Source: Geosiphon pyriformis uo1 (lineage: Eukaryota > Fungi > Glomeromycota). Taken from it: DNA of 64,000 nt. Location: assembly GCA_016748015.1 (NCBI GenBank), contig JAAOMT010000762.1:496001-560000 (forward strand). The letters are read 5' to 3'. Below are positions 1 to 12,073 of this stretch, one piece after another. Position numbers and translations under genes: made by a program. The notes beneath the pieces were generated by a model that was not told where the DNA came from, made no database searches, and saw only the letters and a list, made by a program, of their open reading frames with translations. Numbering within the stretch: position 1 is the stretch's first letter; each line of letters opens with the position of its first letter.

Positions 1-3000
1 CGAAAGTTTTATAAAATTAAAAGATATTTTAATACACATTTAGTTCCTTAATCATTAAAAATTTTCAAGATAATACATATTTTCAAAAGTAATCGCCCCA
101 AAACGATTCACTAAAATTCATTTAACAAAATATGCGGTTTTAATTATCTTTTATTTTTGATATTTTTTTTTAATTTTTAAATTATTAAATTCAAATATAT
201 TTTTCAATTATTTAATTAGTGAAATTTAGTATAAAAAACCTATTTTTAATTTTAGATAATGGCAATTATCAAAATCCATTCAAAATGTGAAAAAAGGCAA
301 AATCACGGTAAAAAAAAATCCCATTATCATTTCACATTTTGACATTTTCTCATACTTTAGAACACTCTTATAGAAATTTCTTGGGCTTGATTTGTTTGGG
401 TATATTTTTCAAAAACTGTAATCTTCAGCATTGTTTTGAGCCTTCAAATATCTAAAATTAAATTTGAATCAACCTAAATAGCAACTAATTTAAGTTTTTT
501 ATTATATTTTACTACCTTTATGGTTTGAACTTTACAAAAATTGACTTTGGTCTTAAAAAATTAGGCAATTTTTCAATTATGAAAAATTAAAGCTATAATT
601 TGAGATTGATATTTTCAAAACTGAGGTCGAAAACTAATTCAAAAATGTTAGCTGCAAAAATCTTTGTTCAGTGTAAACTTTAAAAAAATGCCACGGAGAA
701 ATTAGTAGGACTAATCTACTAAGGACGAACAAACGGTACAATCTATACAGGTTCGACACGTGACCGACACCGAAAAAACTATATTGAGGCCACTGTGTGC
801 TGTTGAAATATAAAAAAGTTAGTTTTTTCCGGAATTTCTGGCACGATTGGTCTGATGAACTCAAACGCTAAATTAAATATGTTTTCAATAATTAAATATC
901 CATATTTAATTAACAAGTTTGTCACAATATGAAGAAAATTTTGACAAAGTAAAAAATATTTATTAATTGCAATAAGAAATTTACTCTTCATATTTTTAGG
1001 TTTGATAACTGAATAATTATTAAACATGTGATCTTCTTTACAGTAGAATTCTTTCCTTTTCCATAATTTTATTGTGAGGCATCTCTCATTAAAAGCACAT
1101 TATAATTGTGTAATAACAAAAATAAAGCTTTTGGAGATGTATAATCAAAATACAATAATTCATAAAAATAAAGATTGGCTTAAATTGATTTTAAAATCTT
1201 TCAATAATTTTTATAGTACAAATTAAAATTATAGAAAAATATGTTTATTCACAAAAAACCAATTTTTTGTTTGAATTTTAAAAAAATTATCACCTTAAGC
1301 TTTTTAAATAAAAATTTATTACATTTAAAATTTTATAGTTTTTTATAAGAAATGATATGCTTAATTACTTTTTTATTTAAATGAACAAATTACTTATTAC
1401 TTTAATAATTATAATTTTTAACATAATAATTAAAGTTTTTAATATTGATTAATAATTTTAAAAATTTTAAAAAAATTAAAATAAACCATTTGAAATTTAT
1501 ACAATATTTTTATAAATTAAATTAATAAATAATGCAAGTTAGAGAATTAAAAGCAATATAAATTTAACGAAGAAAATATTAACAAAAAAATAAATTAAAT
1601 GTGTAAAAAATTCAATTAATGTAAATTATAATTAAAAAAAAATTGTAAATAAAAAAAAGTTTTAAGTTTTTAATAAAAAATAATATAGCTATTATAATTT
1701 TATGCTTTAACCAGCACTTTTAAAGTTTAATAATAATTAATAACATGATTTTTAATAGTTGTTTATTTAATAAATTATAAAATTAAGTTTCTTATTTCTT
1801 AAGCTAATTCTAATAAATACAAATCTAAGAAATAAAATATCAGTTCGATTCCAATCTAAAATATCAACAAAAAAAACTATACAATATTTGTAATTAATCA
1901 AATTGTAATTAATATTTTTTATATTCTTAGTAATAATCAAGTTAATAGCTAAAATAAAATTTTAATTAACAATAAAACTATTTATAAAATTAATAATTAA
2001 ATTCATAAATAATTTTAAAAATAAAATGGCTAAAATATGTAACATCAATAGTTAATAAATAATTGAAATAATTTAATTATTTATTTACTTAGTAATTAAT
2101 TTAGTTTTAAATTTTTAATTATTTAAAAATTTTAGTTAATAATTATTTTTATAAATAAAACTTTATTAATTATTGACTTTGTTTTTTTTTAATAAATATT
2201 TATTTGTTTTGATTATAAAAATGGTAATTAATATATTTTAACAAATAATTTTTAAATATAAATTATATATAAAATAAACAATAAAAAATACAGTTTATTC
2301 TTATGTTTTGTAATAATATTCAAAACCCAAATAAATTATTAAAGTCAATTAATATAATAATTAAGTATAAAATTTTTTAAGAAAGTTTAAAATACTTATT
2401 AAAAATTTTATATTAAAATAAGCAATATTGTAAAAAGTTTAATTAAAATCAAGTATATTTTTTAAATAAAAACATATTATTATCAAATTAATATGTAAAA
2501 AAATTATATAAAAAAATATTTTTGTTAAAACTAATAAATAAATTATTTTTTACTTTTATGTAAATTGGTTTGTTTTTAATTTGATTTTAATATCAAATTT
2601 ATAATTGGAATTTATAAAAATATTTAAATGTTAACTAATAATTTACTTAGTTAATATTAAATTGATTAAATAAAAATTATTGTTTTTGCTTAAGTTAAAA
2701 ATTTAATTAAAAAAAATTAATATAATTTAATTATCATAATATAAAAAATTATACAAATAATTATTTAAATTACAAAAAATAAAAATATTAATAAATATTT
2801 AATATAAAAAATAATATTAAAATTAAAATTACAAAATTCAATTTGTTTTTTTAAAATTATAAACAATTTGTATTTTTATTTAATTTTTATAATAAATTAT
2901 TAATTATTAATTTAATAATTAATTTTTGATTTTATTATAATATTAATAAAATATTATGTTTTTATTATTTTGAATTTGAAATTATATTAGCTAAAAATAA

Positions 3001-3101
3001 TATTTTATTAAGTAACCTTAAATAATACAATTAATTGTAATTTTCATTATGTTTATTTATCATATTTGTTATAATGGCTATTTTTAACTTTTACTTGTTT
3101 T

Positions 3102-3212
3102 TTTTTGTTTTTTTTTTTACGAGTGCAGCCCAACCACTACCTAAAAACATATAATCGTACAAGATCCTATATTAAGTGTGGCTCATGCTTTTTATACACG
3201 TGACCAGCCACT
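3102..3212 (-). mobile_element. 5'-truncated LINE 3' end (3'UTR + poly(A)) with 13-bp TSD
   Basis: Poly(T) tract at 3102-3118, then acgagtgcagcccaaccactaccta...cacgtgaccagccac, which aligns with the LINE 3' ends at 63641-63733 (+) and 53480-53575 (-). Flanked by ttttacttgtttt at 3089-3101 and 3213-3225. Confidence 0.8.
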
Positions 3213-3571
3213 TTTTACTTGTTTTATTTTTATAAATAAATTAATATTAATATAATTTAGATTTTAAAATAATGCAAACATAATATTTGTATAATAAATA
3301 TGTTCAAATTAAATATTTAAATAGCGTCTGTACGCAATAAAAAAAATATTTTATTTATTTTATTTTATATTTGTTGCTAATTTTGAAAATCATCCAACAA
3401 AACATAGTGAACATGTGACGTCATCAGTGGTTCGGTGATCAGATTTTTTTTCACAACACGACTTTGCTTCTTTTTAACGTGTTTAGCTGTTTGAAATGTG
3501 GCCGTCGTCACATGCAGGTCGGTCGCCATCACTCGGTTGTGAGTTAATAAGACAGATAGGTAGGGTACTCT

Positions 3572-3878
3572 CGGCACTCCTGCATCCACTTGGGTGTATG
3601 AGTGGCTATGTAGCGCTTCAACCTGTCTAGGGTCGTCGTGATAAAATAGTAGTCGAGTGCGTCTGTCCCGCCTGCGGGAATGCCTCGATGGCTTCTGTAT
3701 AGCAGCGCACCGGGAATAGTCAGATTTTCGGTTGTGCATTTTTTGCATGCCGGCGCTTCTGTATCCTCTTGGGTGCATAAGTGGCTATGCAGCGCTTCAA
3801 TCTGTCTAGGTTGTCGTGATAAAATAGTAGTCAAGTGCGTCTGTCCCGCCTGCGGGAATGCCTTGATGGCTTCTGTAT
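3572..3878. repeat. ~129-bp direct repeat (3572-3700 and 3751-3878), each copy with the palindrome TCCCGC-CT-GCGGGA
   Basis: Visual alignment gives about 90% identity, mostly transitions plus one 1-bp indel. Confidence 0.9.
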
Positions 3879-3951
3879 GACGGATTGGCTATCACCGTGT
3901 TGTACCGAGCGATTATTTTAGTTTTTTAAAACTTTTCTGCTTCAGAACAAG

Positions 3952-6338
3952 ATGTTCAATGATTATTTGGCCTATCTCACGAATAATATCCACGACAAGA
4001 ACAAAAGAAAGCCACACGAGTTCTTTGAAAAATTCGGTTTTGGAGCTAGTCAAAGGGAAAATGCACAAAAGGCATATCGAGAAGCCGTGAATTACCTTGG
4101 TATCCACCGTGAAGGTCGCATCCGAAAAGTGGCAAAACAATTACAAGCAGACATGGAGGTATGCAAACATTATGTTTTGTAATTGCATTTATTTTTCGTC
4201 CTTGAAGCGCGAATTCATATGCATCTGTACAGACGATGTTTGAGTCTCGTTCTTGCCATGACTATTGGAATGAAGTAGAGATTAGAATGATCGAGGTACT
4301 ATTTTTGTTCATTCTTCCTAAATCCTCCCAGCACACTTACGTTGTCTTAATATCTTAGGGAAGCCACAAAATAAATATGACACGAGATGCTGCTGTAGGA
4401 ATGAGCCTAGCTTCAGAATCGTTAAATAATTCCATAAAGCGCAAGAGAAAGTCGAAGGAAGATGAAAATAAATCCCACGAAGCTAACACCGACGACATTC
4501 TCGATCATAAAGATCTCGTTAACGAGGTTGAGAGAGGTAAATTTCAGCTGTTGGAAGTCTCATCAGATTCTGACTAGTCCTCCTAAAGATAATGCTATAT
4601 TGGAATGTATTTTAGGAGAATACAATGAGGGGGAAGACGCTTTCGACGCCGATGCCGATACCGATACCAATGCCAATGCTGATGACGAAGCTCTGGCGCA
4701 TGAGGTAAGCATCAAATCAAACTTCATGCTAACGTTCATATCTCCTTTCATGATCCGAAAAGCCATTGATTTATCTATAGGTCGCTGAAGTCATACTGAA
4801 GTCACAATTGACTCTTGAGGATATTTGGTCGAAAGTTATGAATGAATTGGGAAAAGCAAAAATCCGAGTACAGTCAGTCTTTTTTACAATTAGCTCTTCC
4901 ACTGTTATAGAATGAGCATGAATGGTAACAATACTTCACTAAAGGTCAATTGAGGCACGAATCATCGATCTTTCCGGCTGGAAATCTGTTGATTGGAACG
5001 GAATCCTACACACTTCTGATCGTCACGACTTAATAAAAAAACAAGGCCATTTCTCTCAAGAGACAAAATACCTCACGATGTTCTAAAGATTATCAGGAGT
5101 CCACCAAATGAATTGGTGAATTGTTTTTATACATCATCCTGTAGTCTTATGCTGGTCATTGACTTTTTTTGTTCAATCTAGCAATGTGTTGATCATCTGG
5201 ATGAGTGGAAATCGAGTCTTTTAGAAATAGTAAATGAAGAAGATGCACAACTGGCGAGGAAGATGATCTCTTTTTAGTACGTTTGACACCACAGATGATT
5301 AAATTTGCTTTTGTGACACCTACGCAATTGATTAATGAGTTATCTTTAACAGTCAAAAGCAGCTCGGCCAAGTAGTGAATTTAATTTTAACGTCGACAAG
5401 AGAAAGGGATATCATTGTAAATGTCATTGTGCCTTTGTTGGGAAAAACGTTACAAAAATTCAACGTTGGTCAATTCAAATTGGATTGGTGTGTCGAACTG
5501 CATGTACTCTTGCTGGCATGATGTATCTGGGTGTTCATGTTTCGAAAATGAATATAATCATTTTGATCTATTAGGATTGAAAAAGAATGTACGGCAGTCA
5601 CATTATGGAAGCGCAAGTACATCAATACCGATTATACAATGCTGACAAATGATTATCGGAAGTTTGATCTCATTGTTGGAATGAGAAATTATGACATTGA
5701 ACTACTGCTCCTCGAAGTCGGCACAGACCAAGGTGGTGCAACGAGGACGAAATATCGAGTCGATCACACGAAATTGAAAGTCGCCTTAAAGGATTGTTTA
5801 GATGCATTGGTGCAGCAGCTGCATGTACCAAAAGCAGAACTCCACGGTATTTCCACGCTCGGGCTCCAGATTATCGGTAATAGACAGAATTTCTAATGTT
5901 TCCTTGTTCGAGGTTATTGAGATTTCAATTTTTCAATAGGCTCCACATGGATTATCTATGCGATGACATATGATCACCAATCGAAATTTTATTTCTTCAA
6001 TCAACTCCATTCATTTAGTCTTCCAGCCTCATTCGCCGATTTGGGTGACTTCTTGCCGCGTTTTATAGAGAATATGCTAGCGCTTCGGGTATGTGTTTAA
6101 TAGCAATGCATAGAATGACGTTTGTCAATAAGTCTGTTGTTTAACTTAATCGATTGCGCATCACTAGCACACTATGCTAAGTACGATTAAAAAGATCAAA
6201 AGTATCATGAAGGCAAGAGCAACAACTCCATCCCCGCCATTATCACCAATACATGACACACCTGATACACCTGATACACCTGCGATCAAACGGATGAAAG
6301 AGAATCCTTTCAAGGAAATGTTCAGAAACATTTATTAA
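3952..6338 (+). CDS. ~11-exon gene for a protein with a C-terminal PD-(D/E)XK-like (restriction-endonuclease-fold, Crinkler-C-terminus-like) domain; apparent 1-nt frameshift at A-run 5035-5041
   Basis: GT-AG exons join in frame: 3952-4158, 4233-4295, 4359-4536, ~4589-4703, 4781-4872, 4945-5115, 5182-5276, 5353-5487, 5575-5876, 5940-6087, 6168-6338. Motifs: RERDIIVNVIVPLL, W/IEKEC, RKFDLIV...LLLEVG...DHTKL, LGLQIIG/STWIIY. Family assignment is by motif recognition only. Confidence 0.7.
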
Positions 6339-6488
6339 ATGTCAAGTTCACTTGTGTGTGTATATCACCTCAATACAGTCAGGTAAAAATCGGAGTTTTT
6401 AATAACCATAATATTTTTATATGATTCACTGCTTGCTTAGGTATCCGGCACGCATTAATCCACGGAGTCAATAAAACAAGGTGTATAT

Positions 6489-7042
6489 TCAAGGCCAATC
6501 TTTCATATTTACACAACTTAGCAGTTTCTGCTTGTCAACGCGGTCATGACAACTGTCCCTGGTACACCTATTTGAGGACTTGTTGATTTTGTTGAATGCT
6601 TCAATAATGTATATATATATGTGTGTGTTTGTGAGGATTACGTACCGATTTCCCCGTATTGTTCGCCCCCCGGCCGTACTCTTCACTTGCAAAAGGTCTT
6701 CAATTTCCTCGATTCCCTTCATTTCTGCAACCTGTGGGACTTTAAATATTTTGAACAACTCTGTATCTGAGGCGTTCGCAACTTTTTTGTCAACTCTCCG
6801 TGACACATTTTGTCCCTCTGATTGGGGAATGAACAAGGTGAACACGTCTTTCATGTAGGTTGAGGACAGGAGCTACATCCATAGTGTCTAGCCTCGATTT
6901 ATGGATTTCAGCAAAAACGAACGGCACTTTCGATAAGTCAAGGTTTTGGTTATCTTGCCATACCAATACATCCTTGTGTTATAGCTTTCGAGCAAGGTTA
7001 ATGTGATGTTGAGAAATAATGCCAATTAGTTGCTTACCTCAT
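6489..7042 (-). CDS. Small intron-containing hypothetical gene or pseudogene, convergent with the nuclease-fold gene
   Basis: TATA-like atataaaag, then ATGAG|gtaagc at 7042; ORF 6489-6854 with a clear internal intron (GNR|gtacgt...aatag). The 5' exons could not be joined in frame with confidence. Confidence 0.35.
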
Positions 7043-7149
7043 TTTATTATTAAGATGTATCAACAGTGTTGCTTTTATATTAAAGTTTTCTGTATAGGTT
7101 AATTGCATGAAGATTATACAACCAAACAAATTATTGTTGACAATTTAAA

Positions 7150-8500
7150 TAATTTGAATATATTGTATTATATTTATTAATATGTTAAATATAAGTAAAA
7201 CTTCATTTATTATACATATTGTATTTATGTATTAAAAATTCAAAAATTACTTACATATTCAATTTGCTTTTTTATTAGTTAGATTTAGTTATTTTTTTAG
7301 TTGTTAGTGTGCTATTTTGATTTACAATATTATAAATTTAGAATACTTGATTTAATAATTAAATTTTATGTTTACAACCAAAGAGTTTTTAATAATAAAA
7401 ACAATTGAATAAAAATTTTTAAAAACATTTTTTATATAACACAAAGCTAAAATAATTTTTAGTTGTTATTAAAGCATTTTTGTTTTTTGGTTAAAAATTT
7501 TTTTTAGTAAAAAATTTTTTTAATGTTTAATGTTTTTTTAGAAATTTAAGTTAAATTATGCAAAAACTGTGTTTTATTTATTGCTAGTTAAATTAATTAC
7601 TAAAAACAATATAAAACTGTTTTGTATAAAGTTTGTATTTTAAAAATTTTTGTATATTAGTACCAAAATTAAGCTTTTTTACTTTTTTTATTATGTTTAA
7701 AATTTTCAAGTCTGGTGTACTTTCAAAATTAGTTTTTTTCGGCCATAATGTTTTTTTTGAAGTTTTAATAAAATTATTATTGTTAAGTTAAAGCTAATTG
7801 ATTTGTAATAATATGTTATTATGTGTTTTAAATAATTAATTTTTATATGCAAAACTAGTGTCAAAATTTTTTTGATAGCCTAAAAAAAGTTATTGTTTCA
7901 AAAACCAAATTATTCAACCTTTTATTTGGGTGTATAAATTTTCAAATAAATAATATAATTGGCTAAATTAATGAATTAAATTTGTTTATTTTCTGTTTTT
8001 TTTTTACTATTACTTATATTAAAGTTTTAATTAATTGGCTTTAATTCATAAAACTTTATTGCTTAAACATATTATTTAAATTTAATTTCTTGATTTTTAA
8101 GCCTATAATAAACTAAAAAAAGGCTAATATTATTAAAAACTCAGATAAAATCTGTTAATCTGTATAACAAAATTGATTACAAGCAAATTGGCCTGGATTT
8201 TTTAATGTTAAATCAATTGGATGAAATGGCGAAAATTATGTTAAAACATTAAGCGCTTTGTTTAAAAATCCTGGCACAGCTTTGTTATATTAGAATAAAC
8301 AAGTAATATTTTAAGTGCAGTAAAGATTTTAATGTTTATAAAGCAAAATTGAAATCTGGTTGAAGTATTATTAAAAAGTGTGTTGTTGTAAAGTAATTTT
8401 AATTGGCCAAGAGTTTAATTACATGTAAAAGTGCACAAAGCATTATAAAAATATTGTTTACATATATATAATTTTTGTAAATAAAATAAAATAACCTATG
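7150..8500 (+). mobile_element. Decayed LINE ORF1 remnant
   Basis: aaaaacaatataaaactgttttgtataaagtttgta (~7602) recurs at ~34220; aaaaccaaattattcaacct (~7901) matches the segment found inverted at ~36240, 38530, 47790 and 56455. Confidence 0.55.
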
Positions 8501-9498
8501 CTAAGCTAAGAATATATATTTTTACATCTTTTGTATTATAATTCAATAATAACATTCATGAATATACAAATCAATGTTACTTTTATTACAGATTTTTATT
8601 ACAAGTAAAAAACATTTCCTTAACAACACTATTCTTACCAAGTGTCATTCTCTTTATTCTGAGAAAATAAAAAAGCATGAAAAAATTTTGATAAAGATTT
8701 TCTTTTCACCAAAGTAGAGAAACTTTTAATAAAGAAAAAACTGAGAAGAAAGATCAGATTCGTCACCAATGTTGAGAGTAGAATTTATTTATTTAAATAA
8801 TCAAGCGTTGGCAAAAACTACCCCAGTAATTATTGTCGAAGGCAAACTGCTCTTTAAATACCATATTTTCTAGCTAAATAATTCATTACTCCTGATCCTG
8901 TTAAACATTTAATCTGGAGCACTGAAAGGCAAAAAAGAAAAATGATATTTCGGCTATTCTCACAAAGTTCAAAAGGATTGCGGAATCAGTGATGCAGGCT
9001 TTGGAGTTTTAGTAAAGAAATTTTTTTTACAACAAATTAAACACACGGATCTAATCCTCACCAACAATAATTGAGACTAACTCAAGCAAAATGCTAATAA
9101 ATTAAATGAAAGAATATCAATTATGTGATTTAATCCCAATAATTTTGACGATAAAAGAAAGAGGCGAGAAACTATAAAGTTTTCTTGCGGCACCCGTATA
9201 GACTTTTGTTTCATTTTATTTCATGGACGGATCAAATATTTTATGTAGTTAAATTAGATCAAAACTTTAGAATTAAGTTACGATGTTTCCGCCAAACAGA
9301 ATGAATATAGAAGACGCATTTGCCATACCAGCGTGGGAAACCATCGATCACTAAATCTAGCTTCATCCGTATTCTTGTACATTCACATTGTGTCGAATGA
9401 TAAATAATGCATGTAGCTAATAGTCAAACAGTTTAACATTTTATCCTTTTAAACTTCGCCTCGATTTCTAAAATTTTCTTCAAGATTTTTAACGATAA

Positions 9499-12073
9499 AT
9501 GATGTCTTCAAAAGATAAATTAATGATTGGTCAACTCGATAATGTGGCTTCAATAGCTCAGGAATCATTAAAAGAGGATAACGGTTTTAGTAGTGAAGAA
9601 AATGCTTACGACCATATTGTTGGAAAACCAATTGGTCCTTACATACCGATAGATCATACCGGTGACGTTAACCTACTTCACCCGGAGATGCTAAAGGAAG
9701 CAATTAAACAAATTCACTTAAAAGAAAAGCAGGAGCTTCAGGAAACATCGACTGCTATTCTACCAAATAATCTAGTTCAAACAATAACCCATCGTCGGCC
9801 TGATTCGGATCTTGCTGTGCAAATTACTAATCTCACAAATATGTCCATCAGGGGACTTGACTTTGCCGGATTGGTTTCGAAAGTTGCCCTGGAAGGCTTG
9901 AAAATATCCACGCGAGCCGGTTTGGAAATAGCCCGAGCTGTGACTGGCGTACGACAAGAGAGAATGGTTGCCAGGAGAAGAGATGGAGAGTCGAATGGAG
10001 CTGGGTAATTTATTATTTTTGCCTATTGACTTTATAAAGTTGGATGGAAACTTACATGATGACTTGGACGACTTCAATAAACTTGCAATTCACAAGTTAT
10101 TTTCTTTCAAGGCTCATTGATGCTCCGTCCTACTTATTACACCACACCCTATCATTAACTGAACAAATAGCCATGGCTGGGCTGGAATTCACCTCTGAAA
10201 CGATTCAGTACACAATATCCACGGTCGCCGAAAGCATGACAATAATTGATACTCTATTTGGGACAACGGATACAGCTAGATCTCTTACGGAATTTGTTGC
10301 CCTCGTGAAACGGGAATGGAATACGAACCAAGAAGTCGAACCAGGATTGATGGAGAACATTGGCTCATTCGGAATTTTTCGAGTAATTAAGGCATTAACG
10401 GCATGGGCAGCGATACAATATGTCACATCCGAAAGATGGGAAACAGAATTACATGGTTGGAAGAAGGTTAAATTGGTTGATCTTTACGATCTTTTGGATG
10501 ATTGGGTAGAAATTAACGATGATGGTTCCATATACGATGAATTTGGGTGGTTAATTGAGGAAGAAGAAGACGAAGAGATGGTGGTGATTAGCTCCAAAAA
10601 TAATGGGGCTAAAATTGTTGTTGGTGAACTTCTTCCTCATCAACAGGAAGATTCCCATTCAAGGAACTCAAGATTAGGTGATAAATTGTCAGAAGCGACA
10701 AAGCGTATCAGTAATCCCTATATGGAAGAATTCACCAATTACTCGGAGGAAGAAAAAATGTATGCTCTTCTTCACAATCTAAAGCGTTATTCCAAATTTT
10801 CCTCAACAGCTTATGACCTAAAAACCGCTATCTTGAACCATTTACCCTTTCACCGGCATCATACGAAGACACAACATCGAATTACATTCGCAAGACAAAA
10901 CCAGTTACCTCTTGAATCAATTGTTCACTCTTCACATTCTCATCCCCCTTCGGATGAAAGTCATTATTCACCTACTTATTACTTGATTCGGGATCATTCC
11001 TCGAAATCCATTATCCTTGCTTTACGAGGTACAATGTCGATTCATGATTTGATTGTGGATTTGTCGTGTGACTATATAGATTTTGTATTACCTGAGGATG
11101 TGCAGCGAGGTGTTGAAATCCCATATCAGTTACATAAAGGGATTTTCAATGCAGCAAAGATGTTGGCTACTCCTGGGAAATCTAGTGTGTTTGAGGCGCT
11201 AAAGAGAGAGATGGAGTTGAATGAAGATTATGGCCTTGTTTTGGTTGGGCATTCACTTGGGGCTGGTGAGTGTATTTTTTGATTCAAAATTGATTTTTTT
11301 ATAGTGAATTCAAAGAGATTCATATTTACAGGAGTGGCAAGTATCTTAGCTCTGTTATTATCTTCTCCAACAACATGCATGACAACACGATGGAGCAAAT
11401 TGCCATTAGGCCGTCGTGTCCATGCATATGCCTTTGCAGCTCCTTGTGTTATGTCTGCCGAGCTCTCAATTCGCTCTAAACCTCTAGTAACTTCAGTTGC
11501 CTATGGAAACGATGTCATTTGTCGCTTGAGCCTGGGCCATATCCTTGATCTTCGAAATATGGTTTTTTACCTCGGTAAAACAAAAGCAGAGAATGGGAGT
11601 GATTTGACCAGGAGCATTATCACCAAATTTCTCGAGTATCAATCGCAGATGGGTGAGAAAGAAGAGCTTGAAGAATACTTTTGGAAAATAAGAAGAGAGG
11701 TGGATAAGAGAATGTCTATGAAAAAACTATATCCTGCTGGACGGATTTATTGGATCATAGGCAAAGATAGAGTTCCATATTGCTTTGCAAAAGATGAAGA
11801 GAATAATGAGGATGCAGATTCGATGAAAGAAGATATTGGTCATCCTCAAAAGAGAAATGATCATACCAAATACAATGTTGTCGAAATACAAGATGTGGAA
11901 GAAATTTTTGGGGAAATTTTGTTTGCACCCACAATGAGTTTAGATCATTTGCCTACTGTATATGGTAAGTAAAACATTGGGAAAGCTCATGTCAGTTTTA
12001 ATTCACTTGAACATAAAGTTTACTAACATTCGATTTTTATTTCATTACAGAAAATGTTTTAAAAGGCCTGTAA
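9499..12073 (+). CDS. Class-3 lipase, diacylglycerol-lipase-like alpha/beta hydrolase, 4 exons
   Basis: Exons 9499-10004, 10112-11265, 11332-11964, 12051-12073 join in frame. Motifs IILALRGT, HKGI, GHSLGAG (spliced), YAFAAP, NDVICRLS, LYPAGRI, DHLP. Confidence 0.9.

Noticed and set aside
280-342. 13-bp inverted repeat tcaaaatgtgaaa / tttcacattttga
   Set aside because: AT-rich with a 37-nt spacer; plausible by chance, and no TSD or other copies seen.
634-1027. Short ORFs and a GGTTCGA-containing GC patch at ~750
   Set aside because: No cloverleaf or A box; ctgatga at ~852 lacks a hammerhead GAAA core; ORFs have no recognisable motifs.
3572-3878. CRISPR-like array or Helitron 3' hairpin
   Set aside because: Only two long copies, no spacer series, and no CTRR terminus at the expected distance after the palindrome.
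3377-3880. Three overlapping ORFs, including a CxCPxC-like string
   Set aside because: They run through the 129-bp duplication, whose copies differ by a frameshifting indel; likely non-coding.
6489-6570. CTRDSCHDRVD as a TnpB/Fanzor zinc-finger/RuvC-III end
   Set aside because: No RDxNAAxN motif and no RuvC-I/II motifs upstream.
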